Source: Lingula anatina (taxonomy: Eukaryota > Animalia > Brachiopoda). Taken from it: a stretch of DNA of 64,000 nucleotides. Under the pieces are notes generated by a model that was not told where the DNA came from, did not search any database, and saw only the letters and a program-made list of their open reading frames with translations. The DNA is taken from the NCBI GenBank assembly GCA_051362555.1, contig CM120642.1, positions 23,932,001-23,996,000 on the forward strand. The letters run 5' to 3'. This document shows positions 1 through 11,500 of the stretch, piece by piece; the stretch's first letter is position 1; the number at the start of each line of letters is the position of its first letter. The position numbers and the translations under genes were made by a program.

Positions 1-1410
1 TTGTATAAATCTAGAATTTATAAGATTGCTGATACGTAGGATAACCGCTGTAGGCCTAAATATGTGATACAAAATTTGCCTCATTTATAAAAACATCCTG
101 TTCGTTATTCAACTTTGACTTTGTAATTGTTGAATCTTTAACTTGTAAGTGTATTTTGTAGGGATTTATTTACACTGAAGTTTATTATGATTATTAATTG
201 AAGCAGTTGATTAAGTTTATCTACTTTTGTTTATTTCTGTATTTATTTATTGGCTTCTTGATGTAGCTGGTCATATTGATCAGCATTGCAAAGCTTAATA
301 AAAATATACATTGTAATAATGATAGTATGAATAAAGATGAACCATTTTTAGTACGTGTTATTTTGATTTATCTAAGCACATAAATTAATCAGGACCAGTT
401 TCAACAAGAAGAAAGGGGGATTTAAAGGGACAAAGTGTTAGGTTTTAACAGGTAAATGCCATTAACTAATGTCTCCGAATCTAAATAATCGCACTCTGAG
501 AAACCTCAACTGCCAACCATCTTGGCGCAGTTTTAAATCGTGTGCAACTTCGAAGCCTGTGCAAGAAATGAGCTCAAAGGAATGGGCAGTATTGTAAAAA
601 TCCATGTCTAAGCAGGTTATGGCATTTTTAATTTTCTCAGATTGCTACAGAGTTATGCAAAGGAGGTCGAAATCCTTGGTTATTGTGAGTGTCAGGATAG
701 AGAGATCAAAGGTAGTCGAGAAATACAATCAAAATTCGTCCTTTTGGATTATTTCACGTCAATTAATTGCCGCATACTCACTGAGAAATGTTTTTACTTC
801 AAACCAGGAAGCTACTGTTTGTTGTAGGGTCTATTCTGTCTTTTAAAATTGATCAGTGTGCAGTTTGTTTACTCCTTCGATCAGGAAGTTCTGATGTTTA
901 TGTATATATCATTATTCTATTGTAATCAGAATTTTAATGCAGTCTGTTTGCTCTTTTGAACCAACAAGGAAGTGTGCAGCGACCTATTTCGCTGATTGAA
1001 ATTTAATACCTGATTGGACGAGGATGTTTACACGGTTAACACAAATATACAGGCCTAGATCTACATGCATATTGAAGGTGGTCAAAAGAAAGACAAACTT
1101 TCTGGAAAAAAGGTAAGATTATCTTAAAATCCCCCTGCTTTAGAAGGCATCTCATGTTTTGATAATTGATTATAGAGCATGTGGTGGGATCGTTGGCGCG
1201 TTTCTGAGCCTTGTTTAAATGAGCTATATTTTGACTGTAATAAGTCCAAGAAAGCCTGGATCTGCATGACACTCCTGTCTATGACATTGGAGAGAAAGAG
1301 GGTGTAGATCAAAAGCTCCAAACTTAGAATTATAAAAGGGCTGGTCTATAAAACGAACTAGAAATATAAAAAGGCTTTGTTTTTTGCGAAAATAAGATAA
1401 AGCATATTAA

Positions 1411-2171
1411 GACTGCATTCCCAGAGATTTAGATCGATCCATCTGGATCGACCTAACTCCCTGGGGGTTCACGCTAAATTGCTATCAGCCGAGTGGGCAC
1501 CATAGTTAATTACCCCCTTACAGCTTTTAGAAGGCGGGACAGACATTTAAGCCTGTTAAGCTGACACCAATCTAGCGAGACTCCCCAGGGGGATAGATCG
1601 ATCTAAATATCTATGGGAATGGGGTCTCAGGCTGTATTCCCAGAGATTTTAGATCGATCTATCCCCACGGGGAGTCTCACTAGATTACTGTCAGATAATC
1701 CGGCTTAAATGTCCGTCCCGCCTATTACAAGCTGTAAGGGGGTAATTAACTTTCGTGTCCGCCCGGCTGACAGCTATTTAGCGTGAACCCCCAGGGAGTT
1801 AGGTCGATCTTAAGTAGATTGATCTAATCTTTGGAAATGGGGTCTAAGACTGACAGCTATTTAGAGTTGGGTCGATCTAAAGTAGATCGATCTAATCTCT
1901 GGAAATGGGGTCTAAGACTGACAGCTATTTAGCGTGAACCCCCAGGGAATTAGGTCGATCCCATTTCCAGACATTATATCGATCTACTTTAGATCGACCT
2001 AACTCCCTGGGGGTTCGCGCTAAATAGCTGTCAGCCGAGCGGACACGAAAGTTAATTACCCCCTTACAGCTTGTAGTAGGCGGGACGGACATTTAAGCCG
2101 GATTATCTGACAGTAATCTAGTTAGACTCCCCGCGGGGATAGATCGATCTAAAAGCTCTGGGAATACAGCC
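1411..2171. mobile_element. Cluster of ~215-bp PIF/Harbinger-like MITEs in alternating orientation (copies 1411-1626, 1630-1844 inverted, partial ends 1848-1959, 1960-2171)
   Basis: Same unit read three times, with ends GGCTGTATTCCCAGAG.../...CTGGAAATGGGGTC. Copies are flanked or separated by 3-bp TAA/TCA (1408-1410, 1627-1629, 1845-1847, 2172-2174), typical of PIF/Harbinger target sites. Confidence 0.75.
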
Positions 2172-2345
2172 TAAGTTTAGAAAATTTCATTCTTTAGGTT
2201 GTTATGTCTATCCCACGACCCGATTATTAAAAATTTCAATTATAACAAGTAACTCTTTTAGACTCATGATTTTATAACTTAAATAGTTTGTAATTTTAGT
2301 TTTCAATTTGTACGTTGCACTGAGATTTTAATGGAGTGTGTCAAT

Positions 2346-4390
2346 AGGAGTTGTCCGGGATAGCCTATTTTGAACATCTGCGCAGCAGATGACGTCAAAC
2401 GAGACCTGGATTGGAGCGAGATTTCACGAGAGGTGGGGTTAAAATCTGCCATTGAAACTTCTCTCGCGTCTTCTCACAAGTCTATGTTATAGGATTGCAA
2501 TAAGTAAAATTTGGCGTTGTCATGTAATTTGAGATAGAGCAACGCAATGGCGAATTACTAATGTTGTGTCATAGGGTGCATTGCAGTTAAAGCTTAGCAA
2601 GAAAACCAGGAAAATGACCATGGATGACGGACACGTCTGGCGAGAGAAGTGAAGTAAAGAAAGAGAAGTTGATTAGATTAAAAGGACTAACTGTCGACAT
2701 TTTTAAAGTACAGGTCAGGTCGTAGTATTTTGTAGGAAGAAAGGGACCAACTGCAGACAACTCGCACCCGACACGTCACTGGCTTCATGGCATCACCGTA
2801 TAGACCGTATCATCAACAGTCGAGGGGCATGTTAATAAGTACTGAGTAAGTTTTGTGTGTAGTTTACAGGATACCATGGTTTATTAATGTAATACAGCCC
2901 TAGTACTTGTGATTAATAGTCTTTTACAGTAACTATATGAGACAAATTTGCTTATACAATTCCTGTCTCGATATAACGTGTACCTGATTATGAAATACTG
3001 GTGAACCTTCCACACTTATTAAGTTTACACAATGTTCAGTTGCATTTGTGACATTCCATGCCGGGTGGTCGGTTATAATAATTGCAAGTAAGGTAGAAAT
3101 TAGAGTTGGTATTTTACAACAACGTTTATCACATGATGATATATATTTCAGAAAACTAAGTGAATTATTATTTTTTTTATTTTAGAGCATGACAGACACA
3201 GCGCATGTTATTGAACCAGGCAAGAACTGTGAGAGACGTGGTCAGGATAAACAGATGTTGAAGATTGCTCAGTGTATATTAATCTCTTATGTCCTTAGTT
3301 ATTATGTTGTTGACTTATTATATCAGTAATCAACAGATGGCATTTTTGTCTGGGTGTCACTTACAGTATCAGGCATTTTCTTTATTACTTTAAAATGAAA
3401 CATTTGGTTTTATGAATATATATACAGGCCTATGTATTGTACTGCACTAGTAATTTAATGAAGAAAATAATTTTTCTTGCTTGTATCATTCTTATGTTAC
3501 TGTAGTGACTTTTTAAAATAACTATATGACACCTGTTTTTCATATTATTTACTGAGATCACAAATACAAGTTCGCCTGTGATGTTGTGTTTATTTGTATT
3601 GGTGTATAACTGTCAATAAAATGCAATGATTTATGCAAAGTTCAACCTATATGTTGTCCATTTTAATACTTTCTTTTGTCATCTTTCCTGTCATTTAAGT
3701 CAAATCTGATCACAATGAAACTTACATTTTGTGAATGCTATCCATTAGCTTCTATAGCATCATTTTCATCAGTAAATAAATGAAGAAAATTAACTTTATG
3801 ATCAAGTTCCAGCCTTTAAATTTAGTGAAATTAAAACAAAGATGCTGGCAGGTCTAATGTTCTGATATGCCATCCATCAGTAAATGAAATGTCAAATGAT
3901 TTTTTTTACTTCTTTATAAGTAAAGTTTAATAGTAAAAAAAAATATAAAGAAAAATAAGTTGCAGTTATAAAAAGCTTTTGTTGTTCAAACGGATCTCAT
4001 GAAATGACCAGTCAATGAAAAACAATGGTAACTAATGCCATTTTCCTGTACCACAAGCAAACCTCTGGTGATGTAGCCTGTTTAAACGCGACCTTTGCTG
4101 CGTAGTACGTCCTCCGGGCGAATTTTGCTTTGCAAGCGTCATCGGCTCTTAGCTTGGCAAATTCAACATGTCAGTTGTACGTACATATTATATCAATACT
4201 TTTTCTTTATAAAGTGAAAAAAGAATAAGCCTGTAGCTCAAAATTTTTGTAAGTTCAGCTATTTTTCAAATAAAGAAATCGCTGCTCTACTTCCTTGTGG
4301 TCTCTATATATATTTTAACCCCACCTCAAGGCAGATCTCGTAAAATCACGGGGAAATGTGGTCTTCTCCTTGAGAACCCGGACAGCCTCT
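2346..4390. mobile_element. Decayed non-autonomous DNA transposon, ISL2EU/PIF-Harbinger-group-like, with a THAP remnant
   Basis: Imperfect TIR AGGAGTTGTCCGGG (2346) / CCCGGACAGCCTCT (4390) with AT on both flanks. Subterminal inverted repeat GAGGTGGGGTTAAAA (~2429-2443) / TTTTAACCCCACCTC (~4313-4327). Internal THAP-like pseudo-ORF. Confidence 0.55.
2547..2775 (+). pseudogene. Degenerate THAP zinc-finger exon (transposase N-terminus remnant)
   Basis: ATG at 2547 reads MANY*CCVIGC (THAP MxxxCCVxGC start). About 2715-2772 reads VRS*YFVGRKGPTADNSHPT, resembling the THAP 'vCSxHF...P.PT' end. Stops and frameshifts lie between. A donor-like GAGTAAGT sits at ~2845. Confidence 0.5.
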
Positions 4391-4607
4391 ATTAAGCATA
4401 AGTTATCATCATCTCATTTGTTCTCCTTCTGGTTAAAATTTGGAAGAGTTGGCAAACTGAAATTGAAAAAATAAAATGGCCAAATCTATTTTAGCCAGGA
4501 GTGATACTTTTTAGCTAAAGTTCAATTTCATTTAAGTTTAAAACAAATGGAAATATCACTGGGGCGCGATAAATAAATGAGGCACCTTGGATGTGTCGCA
4601 ATCTCAT

Positions 4608-4708
4608 CCCAGTAAACACAAAACGTTATTGTAACGTTACCATTAGGTTTTTTTTCTCATTATATATACGCTATGGTAACGTTATGATAACCTTTTGTGT
4701 TTGCTGGG
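4608..4708. mobile_element. Short EnSpm/CACTA-like MITE
   Basis: TIR CCCAGTAAACACAAAA / TTTTGTGTTTGCTGGG, 2-bp AT flanks on both sides, internal AACGTTA repeats. Confidence 0.6.
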
Positions 4709-6973
4709 ATAACGTCCTAGCAATCAGAATTTACCGCGAGACTTGTGTTGTATTTTCTTTTATTTTGGAAGTCATCTTTAGGGTTTGTTGATGACACTTT
4801 AAATCTTAATCGTAAGATGTGGCGATAAACCATTTAAAACAAATCGTTTTACTCCATGGCATTGACGAAATTGAAGGAAGATTTTTTCGCAACATCCATT
4901 TATGAACGACCACGTTTGGTCGTCTTCATATTTCTTCAATAAAACCACACTTTCTGTGTGCATGCATCTTTCCCAAGTCTTAAAATAAAAAGGGAAGCAG
5001 TATTTTAAATTTTAGGAAATTTTCCTCCACCAAAGCAGATCTGAAAAGACCATGAGAACAATGTAAGAATGCCGGTCTGATCAGAGTATGTTCGAGTCAC
5101 ACCGCTGTACACGAGGGAAGGTCATGCAGCCTTTAAAATCTAGGCATAAACATATTTTCCACAAAACCACCTGGATATAATTGTTCAGCTTTTTGTGTAG
5201 CGGAACAACGTTTGTGCACCCATACTGTGGCCTATAATGTATACGTACTGTATTTGTATCTGACAAAACTAAATCACGATCGATACGAGTCATTTATAAA
5301 TGTCAGGCGGACATAAATTATAATAGAAATAGACGAGGGATTTTATTATGACACGCTGGATCGCAGTAGTGGCATGCTTATAGAGAAGAGAGCCTCTAAC
5401 AACTACAAAAGTTTTTAAAAGCCACACTGCTTTATAAAAACAATAATAGACTTAAAACCTGTTGAATGAAGTCGGGAATATTATCCTCATATAAATTATG
5501 CGCATAACGCAAAACTGGGGATTTTGCCACGAAACCAAAACATTTCGAAAGCGAAACTGTTCACAGTCACGGAGAGTAGGCCTACCACATGCTCAGAGGA
5601 ATATATACAGAGGGCACCGCTTTGCACTCTCTCAGATATTACTTCACTGTACTATACCCACGAATGCAGTTTGCTGGAAGGTATGCTGTAAAAAACAGAG
5701 GCGAAAAGAGAGGTAGATACGTACATGTAGGCCTGTGGGCGTTGTTTTTAACATTCTTGTAGAAATCCATGTAATCTGTTTTATTTTTATATCATATCAA
5801 AGAGTTGCATTTTCTTTGTCAAATTTTCACCTGACTCCGTCAGTCTTCACAAGCACATGCTTTGCTGCTTTTGGTCAGTTTTGTGCATTCTAGTGCATCC
5901 AGTGCATCCAAAGACAAATTGGAGTTGCACGATGTAGGCCTACATAAGCCTTCCTACGTACCTGCTTATCCATAATACTTACGACACTTTTCGTCTTTTG
6001 CAAAGATTTGGTTGCTGCGTGAACATCAAAAAAAAAAAGTTGTATTGTAAGTTCTTAACGGGCTTTGAAAAGCAGGAATTCTGTGGCCGGTAAAAGCTGT
6101 GAAAGAAGTTCTAAAACGTCGAGAGGTGAAATGTAGTGCATATGCAAGTTTCAAGTAGAGTCTAAGTGTGGCTTGAGCACCAGGCCTATAGACATATTTA
6201 AAATAATGGTAAAATTGTTAGGTGTAGGTTGTATCATCGCTCGTGGAGAAAAGGGCGACATTACGAATAAAAAAGCAGTTGTGGAAAATCAATGGGCAAA
6301 GCGAAGTCGCCCTATAATGCGCAATACACCGCGATACAGCGCAACGCTACGAAGGAGCTCAAATTAAAATTTGTTACAAATGGAGCATGAAGTGCCATCT
6401 ACTTGGAGCCAAGGTTTACTATTATATATCTACGCAAAGTGTTTAAAAAAACCCATGCGTTACCTTACTTTCCTTAGAAAACAGTAAAACAAAAGGTGTG
6501 TGTGTGTGTGTGTGTGTGTGTGTCGGGGTGGAGTACGTACAGAATCTCCCTGGCAGGTATGAGATGGGGGCGGGTTGCTGGAGATAACAGGGACGCAAGT
6601 AAACGTCTGTTTAACCGGGACGAGGGGCGTTTCCAGCAGGTCCATGTATGTGATTAAGGTATATCCTTTAGGTAGGCCTGCTACCAAGGAAGTTCTAAGG
6701 GGAGTGATAGGCTATATCGACATCCTTTTGTTGCAGCTGGTCAGTAAACAGTCTTATAAGATACACTCTGAGGACCACATGGCCCATTAGAATTCTGTAA
6801 TAAAATTATAGTCTATAGGCCCACTTGTTGGCCCCAGTCAATTTATGAAAAAAGTAACTACGGGGTAAAAAATTTATCATATCATTTTTTAAAGTGACCA
6901 TATTATCCAATAATGCCAAGAAAGCCTCTCAAACTCATTCCCAGTTGCCTCAACAAGGCCAAGGTTAAAGTGT

Positions 6974-7138
6974 CAGGCTCGTAGACAGGAACGAAAGAAA
7001 GAACCGCCTCTTTTGCCGGGAAAAGGTCCACTCTGGGTAAAATTTGATCTAGGTACATGAAGTTTTTATGGGAAAAGGTCCACTTTAAAAAAAAAAAAAA
7101 AAGAACCCCCCCTTTTGAAATTGCTGGCTACGGGCCTG
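6974..7138. mobile_element. hAT-like MITE with 5-bp TSD
   Basis: Ends CAGGCTCGTAG / CTACGGGCCTG; TSD AGTGT. Homologous to 21893-22066 and 49334-49506. Confidence 0.7.
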
Positions 7139-7300
7139 AGTGTCAAACTGGGCCAACTAGCCCCGGTCTCCCTTACGTGTCACATGTGCGAGCACGTATC
7201 TGACGTATTTACATGTGCGTGTGTTTGTCGAGTGTAATGTCGGGATGGGTCATAAGCAATAGGCCTATATATAGGGTTCGTGATTGCAAGAACTTTCTTC

Positions 7301-8336
7301 GGGGAAATTTCGATTTGGTATGGTAAATACCGGATATATTATTTTAACGTCATAACATCATTTCCTTTTTAAAAAGTATCAGAGGTCTATCTTATTATTA
7401 TAGCTAAAGTGGAATAGCCATTTCTAAGTTATAAATCCATAGGCCTAATGTTATATGCGCCGTGTGTACGCGCAAGTTACGGTACGTCGCACTAGCAGCT
7501 AATTTCTTTATCCTATCAAAAAAGTACAGAATTTATTGTTTACTTTCACCTTTATTCCACATCAAATTCGACGTAAAAGGGGGTATGGGATAGGCCACCA
7601 ATATATGTTCAGTCCCACTCTAGTTGGCCTATTTCACACTCGGAAATAGTTTAAAATAACTAGGGAATTCCCCTTTCTCATTGCACGTCATACAGTTCTT
7701 AGACCGCCATTTTAGCGAACGGGAAATTCTTAGGTCTCCATAAAACTACACATTTTCGTTAGTCTAGCGAATGTTACCGTCTGTGACTGTAAGTTCCAGA
7801 GTCACGAAGTTGTAGAGAACAAACTGGGACATTGGAAAAGGTAAGAAACTGACTGTCGTCAGCGACCAGTACTGAATGTTTTGTTGTCTGAAATAGCGTC
7901 ATCGCTATTTTTAGATTGGTCACATGATGCGGATCAAAGCTATTGAATCGCTTGCGTAGAAAACGATAATAAAAGCGGGAGCGTCACAATAAAACTCCGA
8001 TTACATATTTACATTGAAGGAATAATGGAATAGAATTTTCGAGTATGAGCATTGTTTGCGAACAAGGTAAAATAGGTTAACTTAATACGTAGTTTTCTAG
8101 AATATTTGACTATCATTCATAGTTGTAAACAAGGGAAAGTTTTTTGAAGATCTATAAATAAGCAGTCTGCGTAGGTCTGGATCTAGATTTACAAGAACGT
8201 TACTCGGTGTTGTTTCTCTGTGTCGTGGCTGGTGAAACCGGATTTTCTGTTAAATTTTTTGTGAGATTTTATCAATTTTTTACTTTACAGGGTCCAGATT
8301 TTTTTTGTCTTAAATGAAGTGTTGCTGGGAAATCCC
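7301..8336 (+). promoter_or_regulatory. Putative promoter and 5' non-coding exon of the Macro-RING-DTC gene, with kappaB-like motifs
   Basis: GGGAATTCCC at 7663-7672 and GGGAAATCCC at 8327-8336; weaker GGGGAAATTTC at 7301 and GGGAAATTCT at 7721. YY1-like CGCCATTTT at ~7705. CpG-richer than its flanks. Donor AAG|GTAAGA at 7840/7841; acceptor at 8477 before the ATG at 8518. Confidence 0.5.
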
Positions 8337-8517
8337 ATTCAATGTAATTCAAAATTCTAAAGAAAACTTAATTAAGAGCTAAAATATTTAATTGCAAAAT
8401 TATAAATTGATGCTTTGCCATTTTTTCTTCATTTATCAGTTTTATATTGATTTAATTATATGAATCGTTTATTCCAGAAATATTGAAGTGTTACATTAAA
8501 AGCTTGTGGTATAAATA

Positions 8518-11500
8518 ATGGCAGATAAGAGATGTGTTATAGTCCATCTTCCTGAAGAAGGTATTCGTAAAGAAGACCTGAGAACATACTTCACTTCCTA
8601 TGACCAAAATGCTGTAGTTGTAATGACTTCAAGAACTCAGGCTCTTATTACATTTACAACAGAAGCAGGTAATTTTCTCAACAGCTTATTGAGCATATGC
8701 ATTTTAATTTCAGACTTTTAGTAGGCAATTTGTAATTTAAAAGTTTAATTTGTACATTTTTGAATTAATGAATTAATGAAATGTGCTATATTTGGATGAG
8801 TTATTATTATTTTATTCCTTCTCACTATCATGGATAACATTTGTCAGAGTTATCAAATTAAAAAAATAGGAAATCTATTTTGTAAGCCAGATTTGGTACT
8901 ATTTGGCCAAAGATCAGTTATATGTGCTTTTTCTATCAAACCTTTTACTAAAAATAAGTTAATTAATAAATCAAATAAATTAAATAAAATAACAAAAAAG
9001 GTTAACAAAAATTAACATTGACATGTGTCTGTAAAAAATGACATAAGTGTACTGAGTGAATTAGAAAAGCCCCAGTCAGCAAGTCTTTTCCAATGAATTT
9101 TTTTTTCTTTTGTAATGGCAGAAATTATTTATATAATATATAATTAGTAAAGCCCCAGTCAGCAAGTCTTTTCCAATGTATTTTTTTTTCTTTTGTAATG
9201 GCAGAAATTATTTTAAACAAAAAATTTAAGTAAGAGAATAATAATATTTATTTTAGTTATCTTTCAAAATTTATTGAATGTACAGTTTAATCATATTTTT
9301 TTTTATTTCAGCTGTCAACCAAGTCCTAACCCAAGAGAATCACTCTGTGAATGGAGTTCACATTACTGTACAACAGAAACCACCAGAGGTATGATACATA
9401 TGTATTATTTTTATGAATTGTAATCTTTGTATTTTTCAAATGAATCATTGGATTATATCTATTATTATATATGTAATAATATTTAATTATTTAAAATTTT
9501 TTAAGTACCTTTTTTTTTTCAAATGGGTTTATTTGTTGTTTCTCATATGAACTAATTTGAATAAAAATATCCAGGTATTCTTTCAGAGCAGGCAGGAAAG
9601 ATGCTCTTCTTATTTTAAATTAAAGTATAATGCTTAAGTCTTGGCTTTAGCCAGTAGGTTTAGTCTTTAGCTGTTAAAGTCATAATAACTCTTCGTTTTG
9701 GCCAAAAATAGGATTTTCCTAGAAAAAACGGCAATTTTCCCGTACTTACCAATGGTCAACGACCCCATTCCTGCATTCAAAGTTAATCCAGGTTTTTTTT
9801 TCCTAAATGTACGGTTTTTTGTTAAAATCTTTTAAGAGATTTTAACTGACGGAGCCCTCTCTGACACTGCATAGTCACTGGTGACTTAAAACCGCGGGAA
9901 AAGTAGACAACAACAATAATATAATATTCATGAGATATATTCGTCTTTTTGTTAAAAATGCATTTATATCCACATTGTGTGCCATTCTGGGATTTTCGTT
10001 ATCCGATGCACTGTACAAAAACTTGCAACTTACGTCTCCGTCTGCATCAACACGTTTTGCGCCATGCTATTTTGGTCTCGAATGAACGCGAGAATCCGCG
10101 TGACACCCTTACGTCATTAGCAACGGATGCCTTGACAACTGGGAAGAAAGGCATCGAAAGCCCTATTGACAAGCACAGATTTTAGTTTTACTACAATAAC
10201 GGCCGTTTTAGTGGTAAAATACAATAGAATATACGTTGTTTACAATGTATTTCTTGTGGAATTTTGAATCTCAAAGGAAGAGTTGTTATTGCTTTAACTT
10301 TTTTATAGTACATACTAGTAATCACAGCAGCATTGGTTTATTTTTGTTACAAAAAATGCTCTCATCTATTTATTTGAATTATATATTTGAATATATAATA
10401 TATATTTGAATACAATTTATATCTCTTTCTATTCCAGCCATTCAAGTGCATAGAAGGACGTATTAACAGCTTTTGGACTAGGGACTTTGAATCAGTAAGA
10501 CCAATACTGGAGAAAGTAGCAAATGACACTGGCTGTAGTGTGTTGTACAAAGAATCTGACATTGTGCTGAGAGGCAACTTCTATCAGGTCAAAGAGGGAC
10601 ATCGTAAGCTGGCGGAGGCATTTGCCAACCTTTGTCTTGATGCCAAGCCGCCATCTTGTTTTACTGCAGAAGACGAAGCAGAGATTGAATCCTTTGAACA
10701 TGTGGAGAAACACGACTTGCAAGAAGAATTCCTTGAAAAATCAGAAGAACAGAAGTCCGGATCAAGAACTAAAGTAACAGCAGCAAAAACGACCACTGCA
10801 CCTGATGAAAGGGATCAGAAAGGAACGGGACATCCCACTAATGCTTTGAGAAAAATTTCAGCAAGTGAGAAGTCAGGCAGAGAAATCCCTGCAAAGAAAA
10901 AGTCTGATGAAAACTTGGCACAGTCAGATAAAGAGACAAAAGCATTTTTTGAAAAATCTCGGCCATATGAGGATGACTTGCCATCCCCTGTAATTAGATC
11001 AGGAAAGGGATCTCCACTGGCAGCTAGCGCTTTGACGAGAAGCAGCAGCGAAGATGAGAACGAGTTGTGTGTAGATCACCATTTGTGGGTGTACATTCGC
11101 TGTATAGCAATGCCAATCCTTACTCAGATCCAAGACAAATTTGGTGTGAAGTTCCTCCCTGCATTTGGTGAAGAACCAAGCTACGATGTTGTTCATATTG
11201 AAACAGATGAGAAAGGCGTACCAGAAACTATTCCAACAAGAAGAGCCCAGGCTAACGAAGAGTTCATTCAACTTTATCAGAAACTGTCAGAAGAGTTATT
11301 GGTGACCTCTGAAAAAGTCCCCAGTACTCCAGACATCTGTCGCCAGGTAGTACTCGATGTTATCGAGGAACTGAAATTAAAATATGTAAATGTTGCCTAT
11401 GAATATGTTGAAGAGACCAACATTTGTTTTTTCATTGGTCGTCCTTTGTATGCTTTGCAAGCTAGAGATGAGTTTGTCAAGCTTTTGAAAGAGAAACTGC

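Noticed and set aside
421-1330. TTAA-AGGGACA element-like left end and short ORFs 604-846 and 1036-1321
   Set aside because: No matching right TIR found and no recognisable protein motifs.
1411-2171. Repeat-spacer-like pattern suggestive of a CRISPR array
   Set aside because: The units are ~215-bp inverted MITE copies without unique spacers; the context is eukaryotic and there are no cas genes.
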